Part shown: positions 30,293-39,161 of the stretch, piece after piece | Layout: the number at the start of each line of letters is the position of its first letter | Numbering within the stretch: position 1 is the first letter of the stretch | NCBI GenBank assembly: GCA_965219265.1 | Contig: OZ244730.1 | Coordinates: 3,047,767 to 3,111,766, forward strand | Reading direction: 5' to 3' | Length of the DNA stretch: 64,000 nucleotides | Source of the DNA: Arenicellales bacterium | Lineage (GTDB): Bacteria; Pseudomonadota; Gammaproteobacteria; Arenicellales; JAJDZL01 | Position numbers and translations under genes: made by a program | Notes under the pieces: model-generated | Told to the model about the DNA's origin: nothing | Database searches by the model: none | What the model saw: only the letters and a program-made list of their open reading frames with translations

Positions 30293-31009
30293 TTTCTCAG
30301 GGTTCGCTAATCAATTTGTTGGCAACAGTCAGACACGGTGTACATTGATTGTACAAAAAAATTGGATTGTGGAGGTATCGTCTCCGAGTTACCAGTGTTG
30401 ATGTTTGAAATTTATTGCGATTCGAGTAAACAGATAAATTTCCAGTCAAATTAAGCGTGACGGGATGTCAATTGTTGCAATGAGGTTGATTTTGAATCAA
30501 ATTGACGGGTTATCAAATGAGTAATTTTGCATAATTTTCATTGTTACAGAAATGTCTCTTTAAATCTGACAAAAACTGACGCACTTGCTTTGTGAAAATT
30601 GAAAGCTATTTGTATTGTCTCTATAATTTCAAACCGACCGAAGTAAATTCCTTTCAGGTGAGATGTCACTTCAAGTGATTTGGCTCTCCCCCAAAACTGA
30701 ATTGCTACTTGATGCGGCCATCGGCACTATAGGATTACAGAACTTACCTTCTCGCCTGCGGTTGCAATCAATGCGAATGATGCGGGCAGCCAATTCATAT
30801 GGAATTTAACAGCAGGTACCTGTTCCTGAAATAATTTGGAATGATTCTCCGGTCCTTTACGAAGTCGGCTAGTTTGTTGAATCGCATCATTGATGGAGAG
30901 TAATTTGATCTTCTTGATGCGAGTTCTGCGTTGTTTGCGTTCTCAATTTAACTCTGAACTTTAAACTGACTCCAATTGGCTTCGTCGAATGTCTGTTGAA
31001 TGAGGTGAA

Positions 31010-32155
31010 ATGGAGGAAAAAACATCCAACCTGTCTAGCAGACTAGAAAGTATTTGGAAATTAAACTATGAAATGAGGAATTTTGTTATGAGTTATTGGG
31101 ATCTTCAGTATCAGGAGCTGATTAAAGATGTTCAATCCTTGGTTGATCAGTTACGAAATTTAGATGAAGACCGTAGGTTGAACAATGAATACAGGTGCGT
31201 AATTGATTTTGACGTAGATCAACTTAAAGAGAAAATTTATGCGTTCCTGAATGAAAACCGGGAAGCCAGTAATCAGGTCAAGGTATGTAAGACATTGAAG
31301 TCAATTCGCAATGCTGTCGAGTGCTTGAAGAAAGCAGTCGCAAGAAGAGAAAGCATAGGACGGTCATTGACACATCTGGCTCAGAATCTGTTGGTGAGTT
31401 GCCAGCACTGTTTCGAGGATACCAGTAGAAGTGCAGTCAAATTTAACAAAAAATTCAAGGATTTTGAAAGACGACAAGAACTACTACGCACTGAAGATAT
31501 GCAGCAACATCATACCATTTATCTCGACGGCAAATATCAGATGAAGGACGTCAGCTCAGTCGCCAGGTTGATGGATATTGGGAAGGTGCTTGACAACTGC
31601 GTCAAAGAATATGAGGAAGCATGTGATCGCATGGGCGGAGTCGCAGCAGGAGTGGCAAAAATATACGTTGTTGAGAAAGACGGCGCACCAGTTTATTTAC
31701 TGCAATTTGATATGGATAATCGAGAAATTACCGACTTTAGCGCTAAAGACGATGATCGCGATAATTTGGTAATTTCGTATGAATTGGCAATGGAAATTCT
31801 TATAAAGCTTGATATAAGTGGCGACGAAATACCAGAGTTCATACGTGTAGGGGCATTCAGCAAATTTAAGAATGGGCGATCTAAACCCGATTCATTTGTC
31901 AATAATGGGCAGGAAATGTGGAAGTGGAGAATTCAAGACGAGCTTATCATTGCCGTTGATAAAAATTTAGATGGAGATCTTCGCTGGTCCCGATTTAAAT
32001 TGCCATTCAGAAGTCGCTGTTGGAGTCGTCGCGATTCTTTTCGTCACCACGAATCTCACCACTACGAACTTGGTGTGGAAGAGTTATTAGATTTAATATT
32101 TCAAAATCCAGATTTATTGGGATACCTGTTAGAACCTGCAATTGACTGTCGTTAG
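31010..32155 (+). CDS. Hypothetical protein (AT-rich orphan gene)
   Basis: 381 aa ORF with a good Shine-Dalgarno sequence (GAGGTG). The N-terminal half looks coiled-coil-like. I recognise no motif with confidence. Confidence 0.5.
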   Translation: MEEKTSNLSSRLESIWKLNYEMRNFVMSYWDLQYQELIKDVQSLVDQLRNLDEDRRLNNEYRCVIDFDVDQLKEKIYAFLNENREASNQVKVCKTLKSIRNAVECLKKAVARRESIGRSLTHLAQNLLVSCQHCFEDTSRSAVKFNKKFKDFERRQELLRTEDMQQHHTIYLDGKYQMKDVSSVARLMDIGKVLDNCVKEYEEACDRMGGVAAGVAKIYVVEKDGAPVYLLQFDMDNREITDFSAKDDDRDNLVISYELAMEILIKLDISGDEIPEFIRVGAFSKFKNGRSKPDSFVNNGQEMWKWRIQDELIIAVDKNLDGDLRWSRFKLPFRSRCWSRRDSFRHHESHHYELGVEELLDLIFQNPDLLGYLLEPAIDCR

Positions 32156-32178
32156 AATCCTTGCCGTTTGCGCAAAAA

Positions 32179-33558
32179 CTAATTCAATAACTCGCGAGCG
32201 CGTCTGCTTGCGGATTCGGCTTCGTCATGGCGTTGCAGGGCAGTCATCACACGCGCTGTATTTTGCCAAGTGAGCGGAGTCGTGGGTTTACGTGCAGCTC
32301 GTTCCGAGAGCAGGGCACGTGCGCGGTCGTACTGCTCAGCTCGAATCGCAGATTCAATCAGAGTTTGCGAAATCAAGTCGCGCTGTGCATGACTGCCTCC
32401 AAATCGGTTCGTGGTGTAGCGTACATTCCACAAATGTTCAACTGATTCCGAATACCTGCCTGCCCCAAAAGCCGTTAGTGCCTTTGCTACCGGCAAACCG
32501 ACCTGCTGGGTCATCCAGGCGGAGTAGTTCTCTCCCTCAGCAGATTTGTTCAGCATGTTGATCATTTCTTGTGCCTGTGCGTCTCTTTCGTCAGCGATAA
32601 ATGCCATCAGCGCGTGACAATCGTTGAAACAGTAAAATCCGCCATTGGGAAGAGTTTTCTCCCATTTGTCGGCGAGCGACTGCCAGCGATCACCGACATC
32701 AATTTTCATCAAGTGTAATCGCCACAATAGCGCACTGGCATCCAGCAACTCCAGCGCTACGGATCCATTGGCGATTGACGCATCATATATTTCCAGAACG
32801 CGTCCAACATTTTGTAAATCGAGATGATAGAGTGCCAGGTGCCACCAGTTGTGCGTGGCGAATTCATTATCCGGTGCCCAATCCTGTTCGCGGGTAACAT
32901 ACCAGTCAATTCCTTCTTCCTGTCGTCCTTGCATTTCAAGCACATGTGCAACCGCGTGAATCGCCCAGACATCGCCAGCACTGCATTCCACGGCCTTGCG
33001 ACCAATCTCCTCGGCTTTATCATATTCATTGCATTCTTCCAAACCGAAAGCGTACATGCCGAGCGCATAACCGTACCCCGGCGTATCTTCATCGTATTGA
33101 GACAGCACTCTGGCAACTCGGTCTCTTAGGTTGTGGGAGTCGCCGAGGTAAAAGTCGCTCAAGTGCGCAATCTGCAAAGCGAGAATGTCTCTGGGGTGTT
33201 TGATCAATACCGATTCTAAAACATCGACTGAATGCTTAAAGTTTCCATCTAGCCATGCCTGAATCGCAGCGACATGTCCTTTTTCTCGGTCATTCCCATT
33301 TTTTACTGCAGTTTGAGCGCTTTCCAGAGATTCCCGCAGGTGATCAGTAAATTCTCCGTCCGCCATCGCACTGCCGCAATGAGCACGCAAACAGTGAGCC
33401 ATGACAAATCCGGGATCTTCTTCGATTGCGGCGTCAATCGTTTCAACAGGGTCGCCCTTGTAGGATTGCAGTTGAACCAGTGCTTTTTCATACAGATACA
33501 GCGCATGTTGACTGGCTACTGTAGTAGGTTCACCTCGATAGTCTTGTAGTTGTGCCAT
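32179..33558 (-). CDS. Tetratricopeptide-repeat protein (TTC38-like family)
   Basis: 459 aa with helical repeat character throughout. The family assignment is from memory of the TTC38-like architecture. Confidence 0.55.
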   Translation of the reverse strand: MAQLQDYRGEPTTVASQHALYLYEKALVQLQSYKGDPVETIDAAIEEDPGFVMAHCLRAHCGSAMADGEFTDHLRESLESAQTAVKNGNDREKGHVAAIQAWLDGNFKHSVDVLESVLIKHPRDILALQIAHLSDFYLGDSHNLRDRVARVLSQYDEDTPGYGYALGMYAFGLEECNEYDKAEEIGRKAVECSAGDVWAIHAVAHVLEMQGRQEEGIDWYVTREQDWAPDNEFATHNWWHLALYHLDLQNVGRVLEIYDASIANGSVALELLDASALLWRLHLMKIDVGDRWQSLADKWEKTLPNGGFYCFNDCHALMAFIADERDAQAQEMINMLNKSAEGENYSAWMTQQVGLPVAKALTAFGAGRYSESVEHLWNVRYTTNRFGGSHAQRDLISQTLIESAIRAEQYDRARALLSERAARKPTTPLTWQNTARVMTALQRHDEAESASRRARELLN

Positions 33559-33825
33559 ATAGGAATCCTCCTTTTTCCAGTTCTATGTTTCTTCAAAATT
33601 CAACGGCCGGATGGTGACTTGGCTAAGCCGAGTTTCGAGTGAGTTCCGTTGTGAATATTCCAGAGTTGTTTCGGAACTTCGTCAGCAGCTACCGCCATTC
33701 GAAGTATCTCTATTTCCAGCGTGAAGCTAGTAAAGCTCCATTCAGTTCATCTGGAGAAAATCAATTTTAAACCTGCTATAGCATAAAATGAGCCTTTACT
33801 TGCCATTACCAATGTATAGGCACTG

Positions 33826-35619
33826 ATGAAACAGAAAGCTTCGGATTCCAGCCTTGAAGTGAAACGCGCCGTGCCAGTTGAAAGTCTGTCTCAGGGAAAG
33901 GCTACCCGCTGGTACGATGCCAATGTAGAGGTGATGGTGAAAAATTACGAACGTTTTTCGTTCGAAGAGATTCACGCTGGGTTGCTGAAACATCTTCCTA
34001 ATCCCGAATCTCTGGTTTTGGATATCGGTTCTGGTACCGGTAGGGATGCGGCGGCTCTAGCGGAAATGGGTTTTGATGTCACCGCTGTGGAGCCTTCCGA
34101 GCCTGTGCGAAGGAAAGCCCAGGAGTTGCATGGGCATCCGAATATCACTTGGGCCAGAGACAGTATTCCAGAAATGAAGCGAATACTGAAGGGAGGCCTG
34201 TGTTATGACGTCATTCTTCTGAGCGCGGTCTGGATGCATGTTGCTCCATCCCACCGAACACGCGCATTTCGAAGATTAGTTGCGCTGCTGAACTCAGGTG
34301 GTCTGATCTGCATTACGTTGCGCCACGGTCCGCATGAAGGCGTGTCAGGGTTTTGGGAAGTTTCCGATGACGAGATATTCCAATTGGCACGGGAGCATGG
34401 ATTGTTCGAAGTCGAGCGAACCACGGTTGATGATTTGCTCGGTAGAGAAGGAGTCACTTGGACTCGGTTCATATTGCGTTCACCCGACGAAGGAACTGGA
34501 GCGCTGCCACTGTTGCGGGGCATCATCCTGAATGATAAGAAAAGCGCAACTTACAAGTTAGGTCTGCTTAGAGCATTGGTTCAGATATCGCAATCAGCTG
34601 GTGGTTTGGCAGAAATTGAAGGTGACGAGACTGTTCATCTCCCACTTGGACTCTTTGCTCTCTATTGGCTACGATTGTACATGCCGCTTTTAGACAAAGA
34701 TCTTCCCCAGAGCGGAACCAATAGAAGTGGAGGTGAACGCTTGGGTTTTGCAAAGCAGGGATTGAAGAACCTCCAACATGTTTCGCCACTGAATTTGAGA
34801 GTTGGTATGAGATTTGAATCGGAGACTTTCAAAGCGCTGCATTCGGCTCTTAGCGACGTGTGCCGTACTCTAATAAACATGCCGATGCGTTACGCCACTT
34901 ATCCTGGCAGCTGTGATCCGATCTTCATGCCGAACTATGCAGGACGAGTGTCCCGACCTGATTTACGGGTGATCGACAAATCGTACTTGTACAGTTTTGG
35001 AACTGTGCAGTTGCCGTTGAACCTATGGAGGGCAGCACAAAAATTTGGAGCATGGATCGAACCTGCGATTATTGCTGAATGGAAGAATCTGATGAAGGGG
35101 TATGCCGTCTCACAGGGCCGGGAAAACCTGAAATCGGAGACGATGGATCAGGCGCTTGCATGGATGGATCTAACAAGACAGAACCAGGTTCCTCGGGTTC
35201 GGGCAAAACTACTGATTGAATCTGGGGAACTGCAACATTGTGTGTGGAGTGGAAAGAGGCTGTCCCACAGTAATTTGGACATTGACCATTGTTTTCCGTT
35301 TTCCACATGGCCATGTGATGACTTATGGAATCTTCTGCCGTCGGCACGCAGTGTAAATCAGCACCAAAAACGTGACAGACTGCCCACTAAAATCTGTTTG
35401 TTGAACTCTCACGATCAGATCCTTGAATGGTGGGATTTAGCTTACATCCGTCAGGATTCAAGTTTCATAAGAAAACGGTTTGCAGACGAAGCTGGTGCCA
35501 GTCTGCGAGTCGATGCACCATCAGCAGACGACCTCTATCTGGAGCAGATTTTTCACTCAGTATTGATCCAGCAGCTGCATTTGAAATCCAACCAGCAGGT
35601 TCCTGAATGGGAAATTTAA
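33826..35619 (+). CDS. Fusion protein: class I SAM-dependent methyltransferase + central uncharacterised region + C-terminal HNH nuclease
   Basis: N-terminal motif I VLDIGSGTGRDAAALAEMGFDVTAVEPS with post-I/II motifs (ILLSAVWMH, GGLICITL). Central ...KKSATYKLGLLRALVQIS... C-terminal HNH: DIDHCFPFSTWPCDDLWNLLPSARSVNQHQKRDRLP. Confidence 0.7.
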   Translation: MKQKASDSSLEVKRAVPVESLSQGKATRWYDANVEVMVKNYERFSFEEIHAGLLKHLPNPESLVLDIGSGTGRDAAALAEMGFDVTAVEPSEPVRRKAQELHGHPNITWARDSIPEMKRILKGGLCYDVILLSAVWMHVAPSHRTRAFRRLVALLNSGGLICITLRHGPHEGVSGFWEVSDDEIFQLAREHGLFEVERTTVDDLLGREGVTWTRFILRSPDEGTGALPLLRGIILNDKKSATYKLGLLRALVQISQSAGGLAEIEGDETVHLPLGLFALYWLRLYMPLLDKDLPQSGTNRSGGERLGFAKQGLKNLQHVSPLNLRVGMRFESETFKALHSALSDVCRTLINMPMRYATYPGSCDPIFMPNYAGRVSRPDLRVIDKSYLYSFGTVQLPLNLWRAAQKFGAWIEPAIIAEWKNLMKGYAVSQGRENLKSETMDQALAWMDLTRQNQVPRVRAKLLIESGELQHCVWSGKRLSHSNLDIDHCFPFSTWPCDDLWNLLPSARSVNQHQKRDRLPTKICLLNSHDQILEWWDLAYIRQDSSFIRKRFADEAGASLRVDAPSADDLYLEQIFHSVLIQQLHLKSNQQVPEWEI

Positions 35620-35633
35620 TTCCCAATATATCT

Positions 35634-35957
35634 ATGAAGCGCGTACATTCTTGAATCGCTGTTATGACTCCATCAACTTCGACCATCAAGGGAATCTGCT
35701 GACTACCGCTAGGTCATCTAGTTCTCTATGCATTCTGACATAGACTTCAGCTGTATCTCGTATGGGTTGCTAGTCCCATGAAGTAGCCAGACCATTGCTC
35801 ATTGTTTCTTGAATCAGCAGTCGAGCCTGCTGATTTTCAATTACATCTGTACGTATTTCGTTGAAGTCCCATTTTTCCACAATCTCTTTGCCGAATGCTG
35901 CAGCGATATCCAGATGGTTGGGGTCAGCGGCAAGATTTTGCGTTTCACCCGGGTCTT
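35634..35957 (-). pseudogene. Degenerate duplicate of the 3' end (~100 codons plus ~30 nt downstream) of betC
   Basis: Aligns colinearly with 41519-41842, roughly 88% identical by eye, with many differences at third codon positions. It contains a CGA->TGA nonsense change near the end. Similarity ends after GGGTCTT (35957). Confidence 0.85.
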
Positions 35958-36420
35958 AACGAATTTGACATCCGTTTCCAAGACGACTCCGGTACCCGGC
36001 AAGAACGCCTGCATCTTCAGCATGTGTCGAGCGGGCACTAGGTCATATTCAACATAGTGAAGACCAGATAATTTCCTGCAGGCGGCGAAAATCCGGTCGT
36101 GACCGACTAATTCCCAGCTTCGACCCGGCGGGATAGTCTCGCACAAGCTATCTCTGCAACCCAATTAAATTCGCCGTCGACTATTGTGCGGTATAACATT
36201 TGCTCTCGCCACCGTTGCGCGTCTTTGGCCAGCTTGCCCTCGACTTTGACTTGCGAAACTTCTAGCCCATCGGAACATGAAACCCCGGCGGCTACACCGA
36301 TGAATTCGGTTGTGATCGGCCCAATGTCCAAGGTAAACTCGGTCTTGGCGAGAGTCTGCCCAAGGTCGGCAAGCTACTCGGCCATACGCAGGTACAGACC
36401 ACGGCGCGTTATGCCCTGTA
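35958..36420 (-). pseudogene. Frameshifted remnant of an unidentified GC-rich gene
   Basis: Two overlapping minus-strand ORF pieces (track 35841..36164 and 36107..36331) join only through a frameshift and a TAG. I recognise no family. Confidence 0.3.
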
Positions 36421-36439
36421 CCATTGAACAACAATTATT

Positions 36440-36748
36440 TTATAAGAAAGTGTTTTGATCCAACAGTTCCCTCGAAGCGTAGCGCAGAGGGAACTGTTGG
36501 ATTCGAAGCGCGAAGGCAGGATTCCCTACAATATCACCGAATACCTGGTTCAATCCGGATCAGGTTGGGCACGCGATCGGGAGTACCGACTTGCCCTTGT
36601 GTCTTGAGCACCTGAGGTGGACCAGTGCCCCGATCGTTGGCTGCAATGCAGGCCCAGAAGGATGTTTGTGCCTATGAGCACCAGTACAGGGGAAGATCAG
36701 CACTGCGGTAGCCCGTTTTTTGGACTGAATCAATATGGAGTAATAGGG
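36440..36748 (+). ncRNA. Non-coding left end of the IS110 element; candidate bridge (guide) RNA region
   Basis: A perfect 14-bp hairpin CCAACAGTTCCCTC-N13-GAGGGAACTGTTGG lies at 36460-36500, with further GC-rich helices before the transposase ATG. IS110-group elements are known to encode a structured guide RNA here. Confidence 0.3.
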
Positions 36749-38002
36749 ATGGATCAATTAGAGTTTTTTGTCGGCGTGGACTGGGGTTCAAGAGATCATC
36801 AGATCTGCGTGGTGGACATGGAGGGAAAAGTATGTGCGCAGCGCAGTTTCAAGCACTGTGGCATGGGATTGACGGAGATGGCAGATTGGATTGTACGAAC
36901 GACTCAGAGCGCGCCGCACAAAGTGGGTGTTGCGATTGAAACACCGCGAGGTCCGGTAGTGGAGAGCCTGATGGGGCGTGAGTTTGTGGTGTATTCGATC
37001 AATCCCAAACAGTTGGACCGCTACCGGGATCGTTTCAGTCTGGCAGGTGCCAAGGACGATCGTCTGGATGCGCGTGTGTTGGCCGAAACCGTGCGATTGG
37101 ACCGCAATCACCTGCGACATCTGGATGCGCAGATGCCCGAAGCGATGATGCTACGCGACTGCTCGCGTCTCCATGGACAGTTGACTGCAGACAAGCTGCG
37201 TCTGACCAACCAGTTGCGTGAAATTCTTTGGCGCTACTACCCGCAGTTCCTGGAGATTTACAGTGATCTGAGCCGACTCTGGGTGTTGGAACTGTGGATG
37301 TTGGCGTCAACACTGCACAAGGCGAAGCGCCTGCGACTGAGCAGCGTTGAACGGCTGTTGAAAAAGCATCGTATCCGATGCATTGATGCTAAAACCGTCA
37401 AACAGTGCCTCACTGCACCGTCAGTAGCGGTAGCGGCGGCAACCACCCAAGGAGCAGTGTTTCAGATCAAAAGCGTCATCGAGCGATTGACAGTCGTGAT
37501 TCGGCAACTCAAAGAAACCCACCGTGAAATGGATCGGCTGATTGATGAATACGACAAGTCCTTTCGAGAACAGGACGACCCAGAAGCAATACAGCGGCAA
37601 CGTGACGTGGAAATCTTGTCCTCCATACCAGGTGTGGGCAGAATCGTCCTCGCCACGTTGCTGGCAGAAGCTTCAGATATTCTGCTGCTGCGGGATTATA
37701 ACGCACTGCGGGCGTTCTGCGGTGCGGCGCCCGTCACCAAGCGTTCCGGCAAACTTTATCTGGTGGTGCGGCGTCACGCAGTGAATCCCTGGCTGCAGCA
37801 GGCCATCTACCACTGGGCCCGAACGGCGGTCCAGCATGACCCTGTCAGCAAAGCCAAATACACCGCTCTTCGTGCTCGTGGACACCGGTACGCAAGAGCT
37901 TTGCGCAGCGTTGCAGATCGCCTTCTCAAAGTTACCTGCGTCATGCTGAAAAACCAACAGTTGTTTGACCATAATTACCTCAAACATGAACTCGCTGCAT
38001 AG
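36749..38002 (+). CDS. IS110-family transposase/recombinase
   Basis: MDQLEFFVGVDWGSRDHQICVVD is the N-terminal DEDD domain. LSSIPGVGRIVLATLLAE is the C-terminal Transposase_20-type motif. The track ORF starts at 36617, but the ATG at 36749 has a Shine-Dalgarno sequence (GGAG) and matches family N-termini. Confidence 0.85.
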   Translation: MDQLEFFVGVDWGSRDHQICVVDMEGKVCAQRSFKHCGMGLTEMADWIVRTTQSAPHKVGVAIETPRGPVVESLMGREFVVYSINPKQLDRYRDRFSLAGAKDDRLDARVLAETVRLDRNHLRHLDAQMPEAMMLRDCSRLHGQLTADKLRLTNQLREILWRYYPQFLEIYSDLSRLWVLELWMLASTLHKAKRLRLSSVERLLKKHRIRCIDAKTVKQCLTAPSVAVAAATTQGAVFQIKSVIERLTVVIRQLKETHREMDRLIDEYDKSFREQDDPEAIQRQRDVEILSSIPGVGRIVLATLLAEASDILLLRDYNALRAFCGAAPVTKRSGKLYLVVRRHAVNPWLQQAIYHWARTAVQHDPVSKAKYTALRARGHRYARALRSVADRLLKVTCVMLKNQQLFDHNYLKHELAA

Positions 38003-38307
38003 ATTATTTACTGCTAAAGGCGCGGGTTTACTGACCCGCAGCGGCTATTTACAAATGGTAGGATGTCCACCTCGCGAATGAGTTCACCAAGACCTCGGGT
38101 TCTAGGGTCGTTAACAGCATCGGGACTGACATCCTGACAATACAGTCGACAGGAGACCACGCTTGACGGCGGCGCTTTGGCGGCTTTGCACTTGTCAACC
38201 ACAGTATTGCGCATCTCCAATAATTCGCATAAAATGAGAATAAATCGTATCTAACTATACCGATACTTCTTGTGCCTCCGATCCAAATCAGTATAATATA
38301 TTAGTCA

Positions 38308-38330
38308 AAATTCATGATTATCATGAATTT
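38308..38330. promoter_or_regulatory. Perfect palindromic operator downstream of a TATAAT box, upstream of the AbiEi gene
   Basis: AAATTCATGAT-T-ATCATGAATTT has 11-bp arms. TATAAT lies at 38292-38297. AbiEi antitoxins autoregulate through inverted repeats in their promoters. Confidence 0.55.
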
Positions 38331-38348
38331 CTCAGAACGAGATATACC

Positions 38349-39161
38349 ATGAGCAATGTAGAGCCCACTGTGCCGACTTCGCGCCGCCGCCTTGCCGCAG
38401 TTCTCAACGAGGCCGGTGATATCGTGCGCATCGCGGACGCGGAAAACGCCCTTGGCATTGCCCGGACCGAGGCCGCTAAGCTTCTTTCACGTTGGATGAA
38501 GCAGGGCTGGCTCCGCCGCGTCGGCAGTGGCGCCTACGCCCCCGTCTCGCTAGACGTGCTCGAAAGCATCCATATCCTCGACGATCCCTGGATACTTGTG
38601 CCGGCCCTGTTCAATCCCGCCTATATCGGCGGGCGTAGTGCAGCCGAGCACTGGGACCTGACCGAGCAGATATTCCGCGATATTGTCGTCATGACCGCGC
38701 GGCCCGTGCGCGAGAAATCCCAGCAGCGCCACGGTGCAACCTTCATCCTGAAGCACGTCGACGAGCAAAAGATCTTCGGCACCAAATCCGTCTGGCGAGC
38801 GAACAGCAAAATTCTTGTCTCTGACACCCACCGCACAATCATCGATATGCTGGATGACCCGGCCCTTGGCGGCGGCATTCAGCACGTAGCCGATTGTCTG
38901 TCCGTTTACCTCACCCGCGATGAACGTGATGATGCCACCCTTCTGTGCTATGGCGACCACCTCGGCAATGGCGCTGTTTTCAAACGCCTTGGCTTCCTCG
39001 CAGAGCGCTATCGTAAAGGTGACGCTCTCATAGAGCCCTGCCGGAACCGTCTGACCAAGGGCCATGCCAAGCTTGACCCGGCGCTTAAAGCGCCGCGCCT
39101 GATTACAAGATGGAAACTACGCGTCCCGCAAAGCTGGACCAAGGCGCGAGCGCATGATTAA
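38349..39161 (+). CDS. AbiEi-family type IV toxin-antitoxin antitoxin / transcriptional regulator
   Basis: N-terminal winged-helix segment ...VRIADAENALGIARTEAAKLLSRWMKQGWLRRVGSGAYAPV. Length is 270 aa. An 8-nt overlap links it to the downstream AbiEii gene. Confidence 0.75.
   Translation: MSNVEPTVPTSRRRLAAVLNEAGDIVRIADAENALGIARTEAAKLLSRWMKQGWLRRVGSGAYAPVSLDVLESIHILDDPWILVPALFNPAYIGGRSAAEHWDLTEQIFRDIVVMTARPVREKSQQRHGATFILKHVDEQKIFGTKSVWRANSKILVSDTHRTIIDMLDDPALGGGIQHVADCLSVYLTRDERDDATLLCYGDHLGNGAVFKRLGFLAERYRKGDALIEPCRNRLTKGHAKLDPALKAPRLITRWKLRVPQSWTKARAHD

Larger units (their letters stand above)
36430..38030 (+). mobile_element. IS110-family insertion sequence (approximate ends)
   Basis: Contains a DEDD-type IS110 transposase gene preceded by a ~300 nt structured non-coding left end. 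IS110 elements lack clear inverted repeats, so the ends are estimated from the AT-rich to GC-rich transitions. Confidence 0.6.

Noticed and set aside
36617-36748. N-terminal 44-aa extension of the IS110 transposase ORF given by the track.
   Set aside because: The extension has no family similarity, lies in the structured non-coding left end, and a Shine-Dalgarno-preceded ATG at 36749 matches IS110 N-termini.
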